Assembly (NCBI GenBank): GCA_963769935.1
Contig: CAVYNY010000010.1
Coordinates: forward strand, 704,001 to 768,000
DNA: 64,000 bases
Direction of reading: 5' to 3'
DNA from: an uncultured delta proteobacterium
GTDB lineage: Bacteria > Desulfobacterota > Desulfobacteria > Desulfobacterales > JAFDCJ01
Shown here in pieces: positions 1-8,884 of the stretch. Every line of letters begins with the position of its first letter. The stretch's first letter is position 1. The position numbers were made by a program, and so were the translations under genes. Below the pieces are notes generated by a model, which ran no database searches, was not told the DNA's origin, and worked only from the letters and a program-made list of their open reading frames with translations.

Positions 1-5
1 AGAAT

Positions 6-539
6 GTGAGCGTTGACGGTCTGTGGATGGAATTTGGTGTCTACAAAGGAAAAAGCATACGAAAAATTGCTGAGCAATCCAAGGCTGAAATTTTTGGATT
101 TGATTCCTTCGAGGGTTTGCCCCAAGACTGGATACTTTCTTACAAGAAGGGAGACTTTTCACTGAAAGGCAGTATTCCCGAAGATTTACCATTAAACGTT
201 AAATTGGTGAAAGGATTATTCTCTGAATCGATACCAGCCTTTTTGGAAGAGCATGATGAGCCCGTTGCTTTTTTACATATTGATTGCGATTTGTATATGT
301 CAACAAATACTGTCCTCAGTCATCTTCATAGCAGGGTAAAATCTGGAACCATAATTTTATTTGATGAATTTTTTAATTTTCCACAATGGCAGCAGCATGA
401 ATACAGGGCTTTTATGGAATTCATAGACGAAACGAAATTTTCATACGAATTTATCGGATATGCATCCGCCTATAATTCAGTGGCGGTCCGCATTACCGGT
501 TTATCCTCCGACAATTCAGAACCGGAAATTGGACCATGA
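6..539 (+). CDS. Class I SAM-dependent methyltransferase, TylF/MycF-like; probably 5'-truncated by the window edge
   Basis: Motifs EFGVYKG, FGFDSFEGLP, FLHIDCDLY, GTIILFDE. Confidence 0.8.
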   Translation: MSVDGLWMEFGVYKGKSIRKIAEQSKAEIFGFDSFEGLPQDWILSYKKGDFSLKGSIPEDLPLNVKLVKGLFSESIPAFLEEHDEPVAFLHIDCDLYMSTNTVLSHLHSRVKSGTIILFDEFFNFPQWQQHEYRAFMEFIDETKFSYEFIGYASAYNSVAVRITGLSSDNSEPEIGP

Positions 540-565
540 TAATTGTGACATCAGCCATTTTAGGG

Positions 566-594
566 TTGACACCTTTATCAAAAATAATTATTTT
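566..594 (+). promoter_or_regulatory. Sigma70-type promoter upstream of the riboswitch
   Basis: TTGACA (566-571), 17-nt spacer, TATTTT (589-594). Confidence 0.55.
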
Positions 595-621
595 TCATCA
601 ACTTTAAAAAAATACAATTCA

Positions 622-700
622 TCCCACGATAAAGCCAAACCCATCGCAAGATGGGGACGGAAAGCCACGGATCTCAATGAGATGGCCGGGTTGCCTGGGC
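622..700 (+). ncRNA. c-di-GMP-I (GEMM-I) riboswitch
   Basis: GCCAAACCCATC-GCAA-GATGGGGACGGAAAGCCACGG...GCCGGGTTGCC matches the GEMM-I layout: P2 with GNRA loop, GAC-GGAAAGCC junction, P3. G634 occupies the G20-equivalent position. Confidence 0.9.
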
Positions 701-716
701 GATATTTCAGAAACCG

Positions 717-748
717 GGCCGCCTGTTATGTAGGGCGGCCTTTTTTTT
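717..748 (+). terminator. Intrinsic terminator; riboswitch expression platform
   Basis: GGCCGCC...GGCGGCC stem followed by T8. Confidence 0.8.
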
Positions 749-788
749 GAGGGGTGATAGTTACTGAGACTGAACAGATGGAGGGAGT

Positions 789-1286
789 ATGGTTGGATTT
801 TATCCTGCGGTTAATGGCTTTGCCCCAACGTTCAAAGCAATAATAAGCGGTCGCCCGGTGTTTGGGGATCGAAAAAGAGATCATAATTATGAACAGAAAC
901 TTCGTCCAAAGCAATTCCGCCCGGCCAATCAGAAAGGCTTTACCTTAATTGAACTAATATCTGTTTTAATCGCTATGAGTGTCATAATATCAGTAGGTTT
1001 AAAGAAGTGGGAAATTTTTTCTGATTCAGCCTCAGTGACGGCATTAAAAGTAGGAGTTAGAGAACTCAACACCAGAGAGGTCTTGGAATGGTCCCAGTTT
1101 AAAATATCAGATACCGGTTACACAAACGACCTCGAGGTGTATAATACCGTCGATAAAGACCTGGGACCCGGATATCACTGGCAACCACCCCCCACCATCA
1201 GCGATGGTACATTGCATTACGATTTTAAATCGGTAGATCTAGACAGAACTGCATCCACTACGAAGTCGTTTGGATACTGGAATTAG
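789..1286 (+). CDS. Type IV pilin/pseudopilin-like protein (prepilin N-terminal cleavage/methylation motif)
   Basis: KG|FTLIEL followed by a hydrophobic helix; GAGGGAG RBS just before ATG 789. Confidence 0.85.
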   Translation: MVGFYPAVNGFAPTFKAIISGRPVFGDRKRDHNYEQKLRPKQFRPANQKGFTLIELISVLIAMSVIISVGLKKWEIFSDSASVTALKVGVRELNTREVLEWSQFKISDTGYTNDLEVYNTVDKDLGPGYHWQPPPTISDGTLHYDFKSVDLDRTASTTKSFGYWN

Positions 1287-1301
1287 ATGAACAATTTCAA
1301 C

Positions 1302-1835
1302 TCAATGAACTCTCAGGCGGTCCTTCTCATGCTTCAACAAGCCTTCAAATCGATGGCGCAGACCCGCTTCTTCGCGGTGCCATTGCGCATCCGCTTCCAG
1401 ATTGGGCACAACGGCAGTTCCTGAAACGGCATAGGTCCGTGCAAGGTCTTCTTTGAGTTGCGCCTTTCTCCCGCCGGCCGCCTTCAGATAGGCACTGCGG
1501 CAGTCATCTATAATGGTTCGGATGGCTGCCGGGTTGACACGGCAGCATTCCCCGAGTAGCTCCAGCAGGTGCTGATTGTCCCGGTTGGGATCGAGGCGGC
1601 TGAAAATTTCATTGATCATGGGTACGTCATCCGACAGGTCGGAATCCTTTTTAAGACTTTTGTAATCAGTTTTCAGCTGGTCCTTGGCCAGCAATCCGTC
1701 CTGGAATTTCTGCAGCAGACCTTTGATGCGGCTTTCAGTTTCTTTTTGCTTCTGCGCCTGTTTCTCCTCAACGCTGAATGTCAGGTTTTTGGTTTTTTCC
1801 ATCACAAGATCTAAAGTGCTTTTGATTTCGCCCAT
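1302..1835 (-). CDS. Conserved hypothetical alpha-helical protein
   Basis: 177-aa ORF (MGEIKSTLDLVMEKTK...) with GGAGGG RBS. Confidence 0.75.
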   Translation of the reverse strand: MGEIKSTLDLVMEKTKNLTFSVEEKQAQKQKETESRIKGLLQKFQDGLLAKDQLKTDYKSLKKDSDLSDDVPMINEIFSRLDPNRDNQHLLELLGECCRVNPAAIRTIIDDCRSAYLKAAGGRKAQLKEDLARTYAVSGTAVVPNLEADAQWHREEAGLRHRFEGLLKHEKDRLRVH

Positions 1836-1864
1836 ACTGTTATGTCCCTCCGCTATTTAAACAA

Positions 1865-1961
1865 TAATTAATCCGCCGGACCTTCGATCTAACGACTTCC
1901 TTCAATTTTGCAAGAACTGTTTGCAATCCTGAATATGCTATTTTTCAGGGCGAATTAATTA
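1865..1961 (+). mobile_element. 97-bp MITE, copy 1
   Basis: Terminal inverted repeats TAATTAATCCGCC / GGCGAATTAATTA; homologous to 2623-2719 and 50874-50970. Confidence 0.85.
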
Positions 1962-2386
1962 GGTTCGATCAGCCGATCGAGGATCAGTCCGTGAAAAATA
2001 TGGCCTCCCCTTGAGCTGAAAATCCATCCCAGATGCGTCAAGCACATCGCACAATAGCAAACCCGCCAGCTGCAGCCCGCAAACCAGGTGAATTCGTCTG
2101 TGGCGGCTCCGGCATAACCACACCCTTTAACATTTTTAAAACAACCGATCTCAAAGACTATCCCGTGGGGGTTGGCAAAGGTGTGCCGGTGCGATCCCTG
2201 CATGGTGATGCGGTCGACCGGCCGGGTGAGCGCCTGGCGGCACTGGCGGCAAAGTATGTATTCCTCCTCCTCCGGCAATTGATCTTCAGCCGGTTCTTCA
2301 ACAATGACGGCTTCGCCTTCTGTATCATCCGGCTTATCCGACGGGATGCGCAAACAATATATATCACCGGTGCCGATTTGAAACAT
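1955..2386 (-). CDS. Bacterial cereblon-family (CULT domain) protein
   Basis: Zn ligands CRQC and CAMC, HTFANPHG, aromatic cage residues EFTWF / CSW / HLGWIF. Confidence 0.88.
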   Translation of the reverse strand: MFQIGTGDIYCLRIPSDKPDDTEGEAVIVEEPAEDQLPEEEEYILCRQCRQALTRPVDRITMQGSHRHTFANPHGIVFEIGCFKNVKGCGYAGAATDEFTWFAGCSWRVCYCAMCLTHLGWIFSSRGGHIFHGLILDRLIEPN

Positions 2387-2410
2387 AATTAGAGCCTTTG
2401 CGGGGTTTAT

Positions 2411-2448
2411 CCGGAATTAGTACCAACAACCGGAATTTGTACCAACAA
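2411..2448. repeat. Tandem 19-bp direct repeat (2 copies)
   Basis: CCGGAATTAGTACCAACAA / CCGGAATTTGTACCAACAA. Confidence 0.8.
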
Positions 2449-2622
2449 AATGATAAACATCCCCGCCCGACATACAAGGCAAAAGCGGGCAAGTCTACTT
2501 TTTAAACAGGGATTTTAAGACATTGACCTCTTTGCCTTCTTTGATAAGGATGAGCAATCACTGACGGGTGAATCTGGCCGGAAAATCCTCCACCATCGCA
2601 AAGCGGCCAAGATGCCATGGTT

Positions 2623-2719
2623 TAATTAATCCGCCGGACCTTCGGCCCAACGACTTTCTTCAACTATCAAAGAACCACTCACTAACTTGAACAGGCCATT
2701 TTTCAGGGCGGATTAATTA
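2623..2719 (+). mobile_element. 97-bp MITE, copy 2
   Basis: Perfect 13-bp TIRs TAATTAATCCGCC / GGCGGATTAATTA; interior similar to copy 1. Confidence 0.85.
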
Positions 2720-2983
2720 ACATCCCAGAATATTTGCATTTTTTATATTGCCGGCCGCGGCCCTGTCAAGAGCTAATCCAAGATCTTAATGATTCCGCGA
2801 TGTGCCGGGTCAGCGGCCCCTCCGTGGGCAATCATTCGCAGCATCTGTCGGCGGCCTGGAATTGCGCTCTTGACAAATCATAAAAAATGCGTAAACTTCT
2901 CTCAAAAAATTAAACCCAAACGACTCAAAATTTGGTATCATAATAAATAAAAGAAAATAACTCGGTTTCAGGAGGTAAAAAAT

Positions 2984-3187
2984 ATGCCGGTTTATGAATT
3001 TGAATGCGCGGATGGCCACGTCACAGAGGAACTCGTACCGATAGGAACCAAAACCGCCATATGTTCCAAATGCAATAAAACAGCGAAGAAAATCATCTCT
3101 CAGTGCTCATTCGAATTGAAAGGCGGCGGCTGGTATGCCGACGGATATTCATCCAGCGGATCCAAAAGCAGCAAAAAATCCGATTGA
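2984..3187 (+). CDS. FmdB-family zinc-ribbon protein
   Basis: MPVYEFEC..GH, CSKC, FELKGGGWY; GGAGG RBS. Confidence 0.9.
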   Translation: MPVYEFECADGHVTEELVPIGTKTAICSKCNKTAKKIISQCSFELKGGGWYADGYSSSGSKSSKKSD

Positions 3188-3284
3188 TACGCAAATTTTC
3201 GGTCAAAGACGTTTAGCAGCGCACCCGTAAAGAATTAAATTTTAAATAATTTAAAATACTTAAAAGGTAAATCCTCAAATAAAT

Positions 3285-3319
3285 CCGGCCTGTGACAACT
3301 CACAGGCCGGTTTTTCTTT
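3285..3319 (+). terminator. Intrinsic terminator after the FmdB gene
   Basis: CCGGCCTGTGA-CAAC-TCACAGGCCGG followed by TTTTTCTTT. Confidence 0.85.
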
Positions 3320-3447
3320 GGCCGAACGACCCGCTGCTGTTGCATCCCGGAAATAAATTAAAAAAATGATAACTATCCAATTTCCAATGCCGTCTTTTGT
3401 TTTGGAGATTGAAACATTGATGATATCGTGAAAAATCATTCCAACGG

Positions 3448-3475
3448 CTGGATTCCCGCGTAGGCGGGAATCCAG
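3448..3475. repeat. REP-like palindrome
   Basis: CTGGATTCCCGC-GTAG-GCGGGAATCCAG, a perfect 12-bp hairpin. Confidence 0.7.
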
Positions 3476-3738
3476 AAAATTCAGGGACTCTACTCTTTAC
3501 GATTTTATCGACATTGACTTTCTGAATTCATTTCGAATTTCGTGCCTCGGAATTCGACGTTACCGGACACTCTCAACCGCTGAAAGTTAAACCTTTTTGG
3601 TTCCGGCTTGTCCTGGCTAAGTTCTGGACTGCTAAAAAAGGGAATTTTCCGCCTGATCGGTGCCCCTCTTCCAATATTACAATAGATGGAAAATTTTCCA
3701 TGATAACAGGTGCGTGAGCATCATCTCAGGAGATCAAA

Positions 3739-4125
3739 ATGAAGGCAAAAAAAGTAAACGTGTCTGGTCTTGGTCGTCTCCCTGCCTTTTGCCATGCAGT
3801 GATTGCGGGGGATTTTATTTATGTTTCAGGTACATTGGGAACAAAATCAGACTCAATGGAGCTTGTAGAGGGTGGAACCGGGGCGGAAACCGCTCAGGCC
3901 CTTCAGAATATTGGCCTCATTTTAAAGGAATGCGGAGCCTCCCTGTCAGATCTTGTTAAAGTCAGTGTTTTTCTGGCAGACATAAAGACTTTTCCAGAAA
4001 TGAATCAGGCCTATCTTGAACTGATGGGCGGTGATCCACCCGCACGCATCACGGTTGGTGGAGCCGAATTAGCACGTGGAGCTGCGGTCGAGATTGATGC
4101 GGTTGGGTACAAGCCAAACGCTTAG
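3739..4125 (+). CDS. RidA/YjgF/UK114 family protein
   Basis: IYVSG, LVKVSVFL, PPARITV, AVEIDA motifs; AGGAG RBS. Confidence 0.92.
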   Translation: MKAKKVNVSGLGRLPAFCHAVIAGDFIYVSGTLGTKSDSMELVEGGTGAETAQALQNIGLILKECGASLSDLVKVSVFLADIKTFPEMNQAYLELMGGDPPARITVGGAELARGAAVEIDAVGYKPNA

Positions 4126-4635
4126 ATCTACCGTCAATACGTCTTTTTAATCCTAATGCCAAGCTGCAAACCAGAGGAAACACGGTAACAACCCTATTTC
4201 TTATTGGGGTTAGTCTTGCTGGCTCGGCAGCGGGTAAAACACGGCGTTGAGAGGCAAATAGGGGACGGGTATTGATATATTGATCTACAAAAGTAAAAAA
4301 AGCTGAGAGGAAACTCGGGGACGTTGTTGACTGAGTTGACTAACTACTATCGCCACTTGCCCGAGATAGAATATCCAATCAATTCGTTTTTCTATTTGCC
4401 CTGCCATGCTCCCCAATAAGATAATTTTTTGGACGCAGCCAGCTTGCGCGCTCGTAAAAATCGAAGATTTTCAGCCCAATGTTTACAATCGCCGCTTTCA
4501 GAAGTGTTTCAAAATGGCCCTCACACCCCAAACGATATTTCCATCAAACAGCCAAAAGCCATTTCATCAGCACACTACATACATTGGACTTGTTTCACTT
4601 CCGTTTTGCCTGATTTGGGGGAAAGATCTGAATAC

Positions 4636-4797
4636 TTAGGGCTCACTCAAAAATAACTTCACATTTTATACGCCCATGCATCCCGCCCGGCTGCGTTGCG
4701 AAAGCTCGGAATATCCAGATATTCCTGCGTTTTCGCGCCTTGCCGTCCGGGCGCCTCAACGCCTAATATTGTGAATTAATTTTTTCGTGAAACCTTA
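4636..4797. mobile_element. MITE-like element with imperfect ~27-bp terminal inverted repeats
   Basis: TAGGGCTCACTCAAAAATAACTTCACA versus the reverse complement of TGTGAATTAATTTTTTCGTGAAACCTTA; GC-rich palindromic interior. Confidence 0.65.
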
Positions 4798-4876
4798 CGG
4801 GGGCTCGACTACTGTTTAAATTTTGCAATCTCATCACCGTTCATCTTATCCATCGCAAAGTTATATATAAAAGTCA

Positions 4877-5665
4877 TTATTGAAGTTTTATGTAAAAGTC
4901 ATTATTGGTTAATTTGCGCCATCCTGGTGGTTGATAAATGAATCCGTACCCTATTTTTCTCCCTTCGCTCATATCAAAATAAGGGGACCAACCAGGTGGA
5001 CCGGAGTTCCCGTCAATGGATCGGATCTCATGCCCTTTGCCCGCGCTCCGGACATCTGAGATAAAGCCGATGTGATTATTGGGAATTGGATGGTAATACA
5101 TATCGCCAGGTTTGGGCGCGTATTGATGCAAAAATACGGGATAATCCTGGTAAGCACCTCCATGACTTTTAAGAAATCGAGGGATGGATCCCCCGATACG
5201 TGGAAGGGGAGAAACCTTGGCCTGCCAAAGGCACCAGTGAACGAAATAGCTGCACCAACTGATTGTCAGCGCACTGTGTTTCGTATAGGATTTTCCAGTG
5301 GAGTATTTGAAGTATTCCAGAATACGGCTTTCATACTTCGCCCAGTGAACCGGCTTACTCAATTCAGCGTTGGCAAAAGAAATAACTTTGGCTCTTAGGG
5401 CATTTGCCTGTTGATTAGCCGGCGGCATCGGGGGATTTAAAACCTGAGCAATAAAGTTTAGGAGAACTGCCCATGTATGTGACCCGACAATTCCATCCGG
5501 CACCAGGTTATTGCTGCTTTGAAATTCCTTCACCCTGCCAACTGTTTTAATACCGTAAATACCATCAACATTGAGTCTCGGCAAGGAAGATGTCAGCTGG
5601 TTCAGACCTTGCTGCAATTTCTTTACGTCATCACCTGTTGAACTGTAACGCAATGTTCTGTTCAT
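4877..5665 (-). CDS. Peptidoglycan-binding domain plus CHAP-like amidase/peptidase
   Basis: N-terminal GDDVKKLQ..L..VDGIYG..T..VKEFQ..L.PDGIVG (PG_binding_1); C-terminal WCSYFV (Cys), PKPGD, HIGFI (His), IDGN; AGGGAGG RBS before ATG 5665. Confidence 0.8.
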   Translation of the reverse strand: MNRTLRYSSTGDDVKKLQQGLNQLTSSLPRLNVDGIYGIKTVGRVKEFQSSNNLVPDGIVGSHTWAVLLNFIAQVLNPPMPPANQQANALRAKVISFANAELSKPVHWAKYESRILEYFKYSTGKSYTKHSALTISWCSYFVHWCLWQAKVSPLPRIGGSIPRFLKSHGGAYQDYPVFLHQYAPKPGDMYYHPIPNNHIGFISDVRSAGKGHEIRSIDGNSGPPGWSPYFDMSEGRKIGYGFIYQPPGWRKLTNNDFYIKLQ

Positions 5666-6234
5666 AATTATCCCTCCCTTTGTCGGGTTTTTCGGTCTGC
5701 GAGATAATAGCAACACTGCTCACCGTAATATGATGAGCAATCGGATGCGGAATTTACCCCTTAGTTGCATAAACAACATGGCAAAGATTAGGGTAATGCC
5801 ATTTTCATGCAACTTCAAGGTATCAATCGGTCCATGGCCAAGACTATATATGGCGGCCCGACCGAGTTCATCGCGGTTGGAAACCGCTCCCACAACATCT
5901 TAAAACTTTTCTCAGGTTTCCAAAAAGTTTCATCTTCGATGATGAATGGCCGGCCAGGTCGATCGCCGATATTTTTAAAGCGAATTCAAACGCTAAAATG
6001 GAATTCGTTGTCGAAAACAATCACGTGTTGAAAAAGCTTGTCCGGCAGGATCATGCGACACCCATTAAATCGGCTAAGGGCTCACTCTAAAATGTGAAAA
6101 TTATTGGCTGGGAGGATTGGGTATTGGAATTTTTATTTGACACCTTGGATATTATATGGGTAATTAAGGTTATAATTTATTTTCAATCCCTTAAGTGGCA
6201 CTTCAACGGAGGATTTATGTCCAGATTTTCAAGG

Positions 6235-6269
6235 CCCCGTCTCTCATAGAGAGGTGGGGTTTTGTTTTG
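6235..6269 (+). terminator. Terminator-like hairpin in the leader of the ClC gene
   Basis: CCCCGTCTCTC-ATA-GAGAGGTGGGG followed by TTTTGTTTT. Confidence 0.55.
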
Positions 6270-6431
6270 CGCGGTACCCAAATGAGATTCGGAGGCGATT
6301 TCACCATGAGGCCCTGAGTTGAGGCCACTGAAGAAGCAATCCCGGCCCACGACGTCCGCCCGGACCTCCATGGAATTGAGCTAAACCTCGCACTGCCTTG
6401 CGAAATGTGATAAATCTCTCGAAGGGGATTT

Positions 6432-8201
6432 ATGAGAACAATGCTGTTCACGCGAAGCCAGGCCATCAAGCAGGCCTTGAAACGCTACCATCTGAATAAG
6501 CACATACTGACCTTGCTCATTGCCGCAATTATCGGCTTCTTGAGCGGCTACGGCGCCGTCCTTTTTCGCCTTTTGATCAAAGGCGCCCAGTATGTCTTCT
6601 ACAGAAATACCGGTGATATTCTCTCCTTTTCTCATGCGCTTCCTGTCTATATTATCGTCGGCATTCCCTGCCTCGGCGGGCTCATGGTCGGGCTGATCGT
6701 AACCTTTGCAGCCAGCGAGGCCAAGGGACACGGTGTGCCGGAAGTCATGGAAGCGGTGGCCCTTCGAAACGGGCGGATCCGTAAACGGGTGGCCGCGGCC
6801 AAGATCCTGGCTTCTGCCATTTGTATCGGATCGGGCGGGTCTGTGGGACGGGAAGGTCCCATCGTCCAGATCGGATCCTCTCTCGGCTCCACTGCAGCAC
6901 AGATATTCAACGTTGCACGAGCGGACCAGAAGACAATGGTAGGATGCGGTGCTGCCGCCGGTATCGCCGCCACCTTCAACGCCCCCATCGCAGGCGTCCT
7001 GTTTGCCCTGGAAATCCTTCTGGGCGATTTTGGAATTGCCTCCTTTTCCCCGGTTGTTCTGTCTTCCGTGACGGCCACTACCATTTCCCGGCATTATTTC
7101 GGAGATTTTCCTGCATTCACCATCCCCGCCTATCATCTGAATACCCTGTGGGAGTTTGCCCTCTACCCCTTCCTCGGGCTCTTTGCCGGTCTTGTGGCTC
7201 TTTTGTTCATTGTGACCTTGTACAAGACGGAGGATCTCTTTGATGCCATTTCGCTACCCCAGTGGTTGAAACCGGCCATTGGGGGACTTTTGCTCGGACT
7301 CATCCTGATTAAATTTCCCCATGTATTTGGGGTGGGTTACGGTGCTATCAACGAGGCCCTCTTCAACAAATTGTCCGGGATTTTCTTGATCTCACTGATT
7401 TTTTTGAAAATTGCGGCCACGTCCATTACCCTCGGGTCCGGCGGATCGGGCGGCATTTTCGCCCCTTCCCTCTTCATTGGGGCAATGGCCGGAGGATTCT
7501 TTGGTTGGATCGCGAACATCTTTTTCCCCTCTTTGACTGCATCTCCGGCAGCCTACGCCCTCGTCGGGATGGGTGCGGTAGTCGCGGGGGCAACCCACGC
7601 GCCGATCACCGCTATTATCATCATCTTTGAATTGAGCGGCAACTATAAGATCATTCTCCCCATGATGATCACCTGCATCCTGAGTACGATGCTGGCCTCT
7701 TCCTTGAAGAAAGGATCCATTTACACCATCAAATTGCTGCGCAGGGGTGTGGATGTCTCGGGCGGTATGGAACAAAACCTTCTGCGGTCCATGGAGGTTG
7801 GACAATTCATGCTGAACGGCCCTCCCACGATCCCCGAGGGGATGCCGTTGCAGGACTTGATAAGGACTTTTAAAACAGAAGATGTCTCCTACCTGCACGT
7901 GGTGGACGAAAATAAAGACCTGACGGGAATCATCTCTTTCAGAGATATCAGGCCCCTCTTCCAGGAAGAACATCTGCTTTTGCTGGTCGTGGCAAAAGAT
8001 GTCGCGACCACAAACCTGAAGACCGTGAACCGGCAGGACAGCATTCTGAAAGCGCTCCAGATCATGAGCGACCTCGGTATCTCTCAGCTCCCCGTGCTTG
8101 GCGGGGAAAACGGAAAGAAGGTAATCGGCACGCTCAGGGACAAGGATGTGATAGCGGCCTACGACAAAGCCATCATTCGCCATGAGATCGAGACCGGCTG
8201 A
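6432..8201 (+). CDS. ClC-family chloride channel/antiporter with C-terminal CBS pair
   Basis: GHGVPEV, GSVGREGP, GIFAP motifs; many TM helices; two CBS repeats. Confidence 0.95.
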   Translation: MRTMLFTRSQAIKQALKRYHLNKHILTLLIAAIIGFLSGYGAVLFRLLIKGAQYVFYRNTGDILSFSHALPVYIIVGIPCLGGLMVGLIVTFAASEAKGHGVPEVMEAVALRNGRIRKRVAAAKILASAICIGSGGSVGREGPIVQIGSSLGSTAAQIFNVARADQKTMVGCGAAAGIAATFNAPIAGVLFALEILLGDFGIASFSPVVLSSVTATTISRHYFGDFPAFTIPAYHLNTLWEFALYPFLGLFAGLVALLFIVTLYKTEDLFDAISLPQWLKPAIGGLLLGLILIKFPHVFGVGYGAINEALFNKLSGIFLISLIFLKIAATSITLGSGGSGGIFAPSLFIGAMAGGFFGWIANIFFPSLTASPAAYALVGMGAVVAGATHAPITAIIIIFELSGNYKIILPMMITCILSTMLASSLKKGSIYTIKLLRRGVDVSGGMEQNLLRSMEVGQFMLNGPPTIPEGMPLQDLIRTFKTEDVSYLHVVDENKDLTGIISFRDIRPLFQEEHLLLLVVAKDVATTNLKTVNRQDSILKALQIMSDLGISQLPVLGGENGKKVIGTLRDKDVIAAYDKAIIRHEIETG

Positions 8202-8478
8202 AATTGCAATGATTCAGTCTCATCAACAGTTGGAGTTCTATCACAATTTCAGTGATTACTGTGTTCTCGCCAGTATACACACACAAACCAAAGGTCAAAA
8301 TTTCATTGCTTGACTCATCCCTTCGAATCGTGTAATTATCTTGTAACAAGCTTAAATCACATCAGATCTGACACTGAATTTCAGTATTTGCATCTAATCT
8401 AACCCCATTCTTGAGCTGGCAGTACCTGTCTAAAACGTATCATCTTCTTCAAAACCAGAAAATAGAAGGTGATTATAG

Positions 8479-8640
8479 ATGCGAACTGCATTAGTTGAAA
8501 TCTTCGACAGAAATGGATTCATCCATCTGTTCATCATCGCCTTAGTAGTTACCTGCTGCTTGATCTATGGCCTTTGGTTTGCGTTTCTATATCCTGCCAT
8601 TCTCAAGAAATTGCTGATTAACTGGAAGAACATCACCTAA
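8479..8640 (+). CDS. Putative small single-TM protein (53 aa), absent from the ORF track
   Basis: MRTALVEIFDRNGFIHLFIIALVVTCCLIYGLWFAFLYPAILKKLLINWKNIT; AGAAGGTG upstream. Confidence 0.45.
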   Translation: MRTALVEIFDRNGFIHLFIIALVVTCCLIYGLWFAFLYPAILKKLLINWKNIT

Positions 8641-8884
8641 GAGTTTAGAAATTTTTTTCGCGTCCTTGTCTTTCAATTTCTGATTTATTTAAGTGCAACC
8701 CGCGCGGTTCGGAAATAATAGCCTGCTTAAATAAAAGGATTGAATGTCAGCCCTAAAACAGATAAAAAGCTCTAAATATTGGTGATATCTGTTTTATATC
8801 GGTATTTTCAGTAAGTTGTAAGATCGGCAGGCAATTTTGGATTTTTGGAGACTTGAAAATTAAGATCACAATGGAGAATTGACC

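Noticed and set aside
622..700. 3'3'-cGAMP (GEMM-Ib) riboswitch, as in Geobacter
   Set aside because: The discriminating position-20 equivalent (634) is G, not A, so c-di-GMP is the better prediction
4140..4345. Integron attC site or gene cassettes (also GTTAGGC near 11439)
   Set aside because: No matching RYYYAAC/GTTRRRY pair with a convincing hairpin, and no integrase in the window
4406..4635. Possible transposase 3' remnant
   Set aside because: No recognisable DDE or HUH motif in any listed frame
6381..8183. Long antisense or alternate-frame ORFs over ClC, and similar ones over the PBP, NamZ, MTO, MATE-like and HerA genes
   Set aside because: Shadow ORFs of GC-rich coding sequence with no motifs of their own
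6280..8201. Fluoride riboswitch with a CLC-F fluoride exporter
   Set aside because: The leader lacks the GGCGATGG.GTTCGCC...GCT.ATGAC consensus, and the protein has GREGP/GIFAP rather than the CLC-F GREGT/GEVTP motifs
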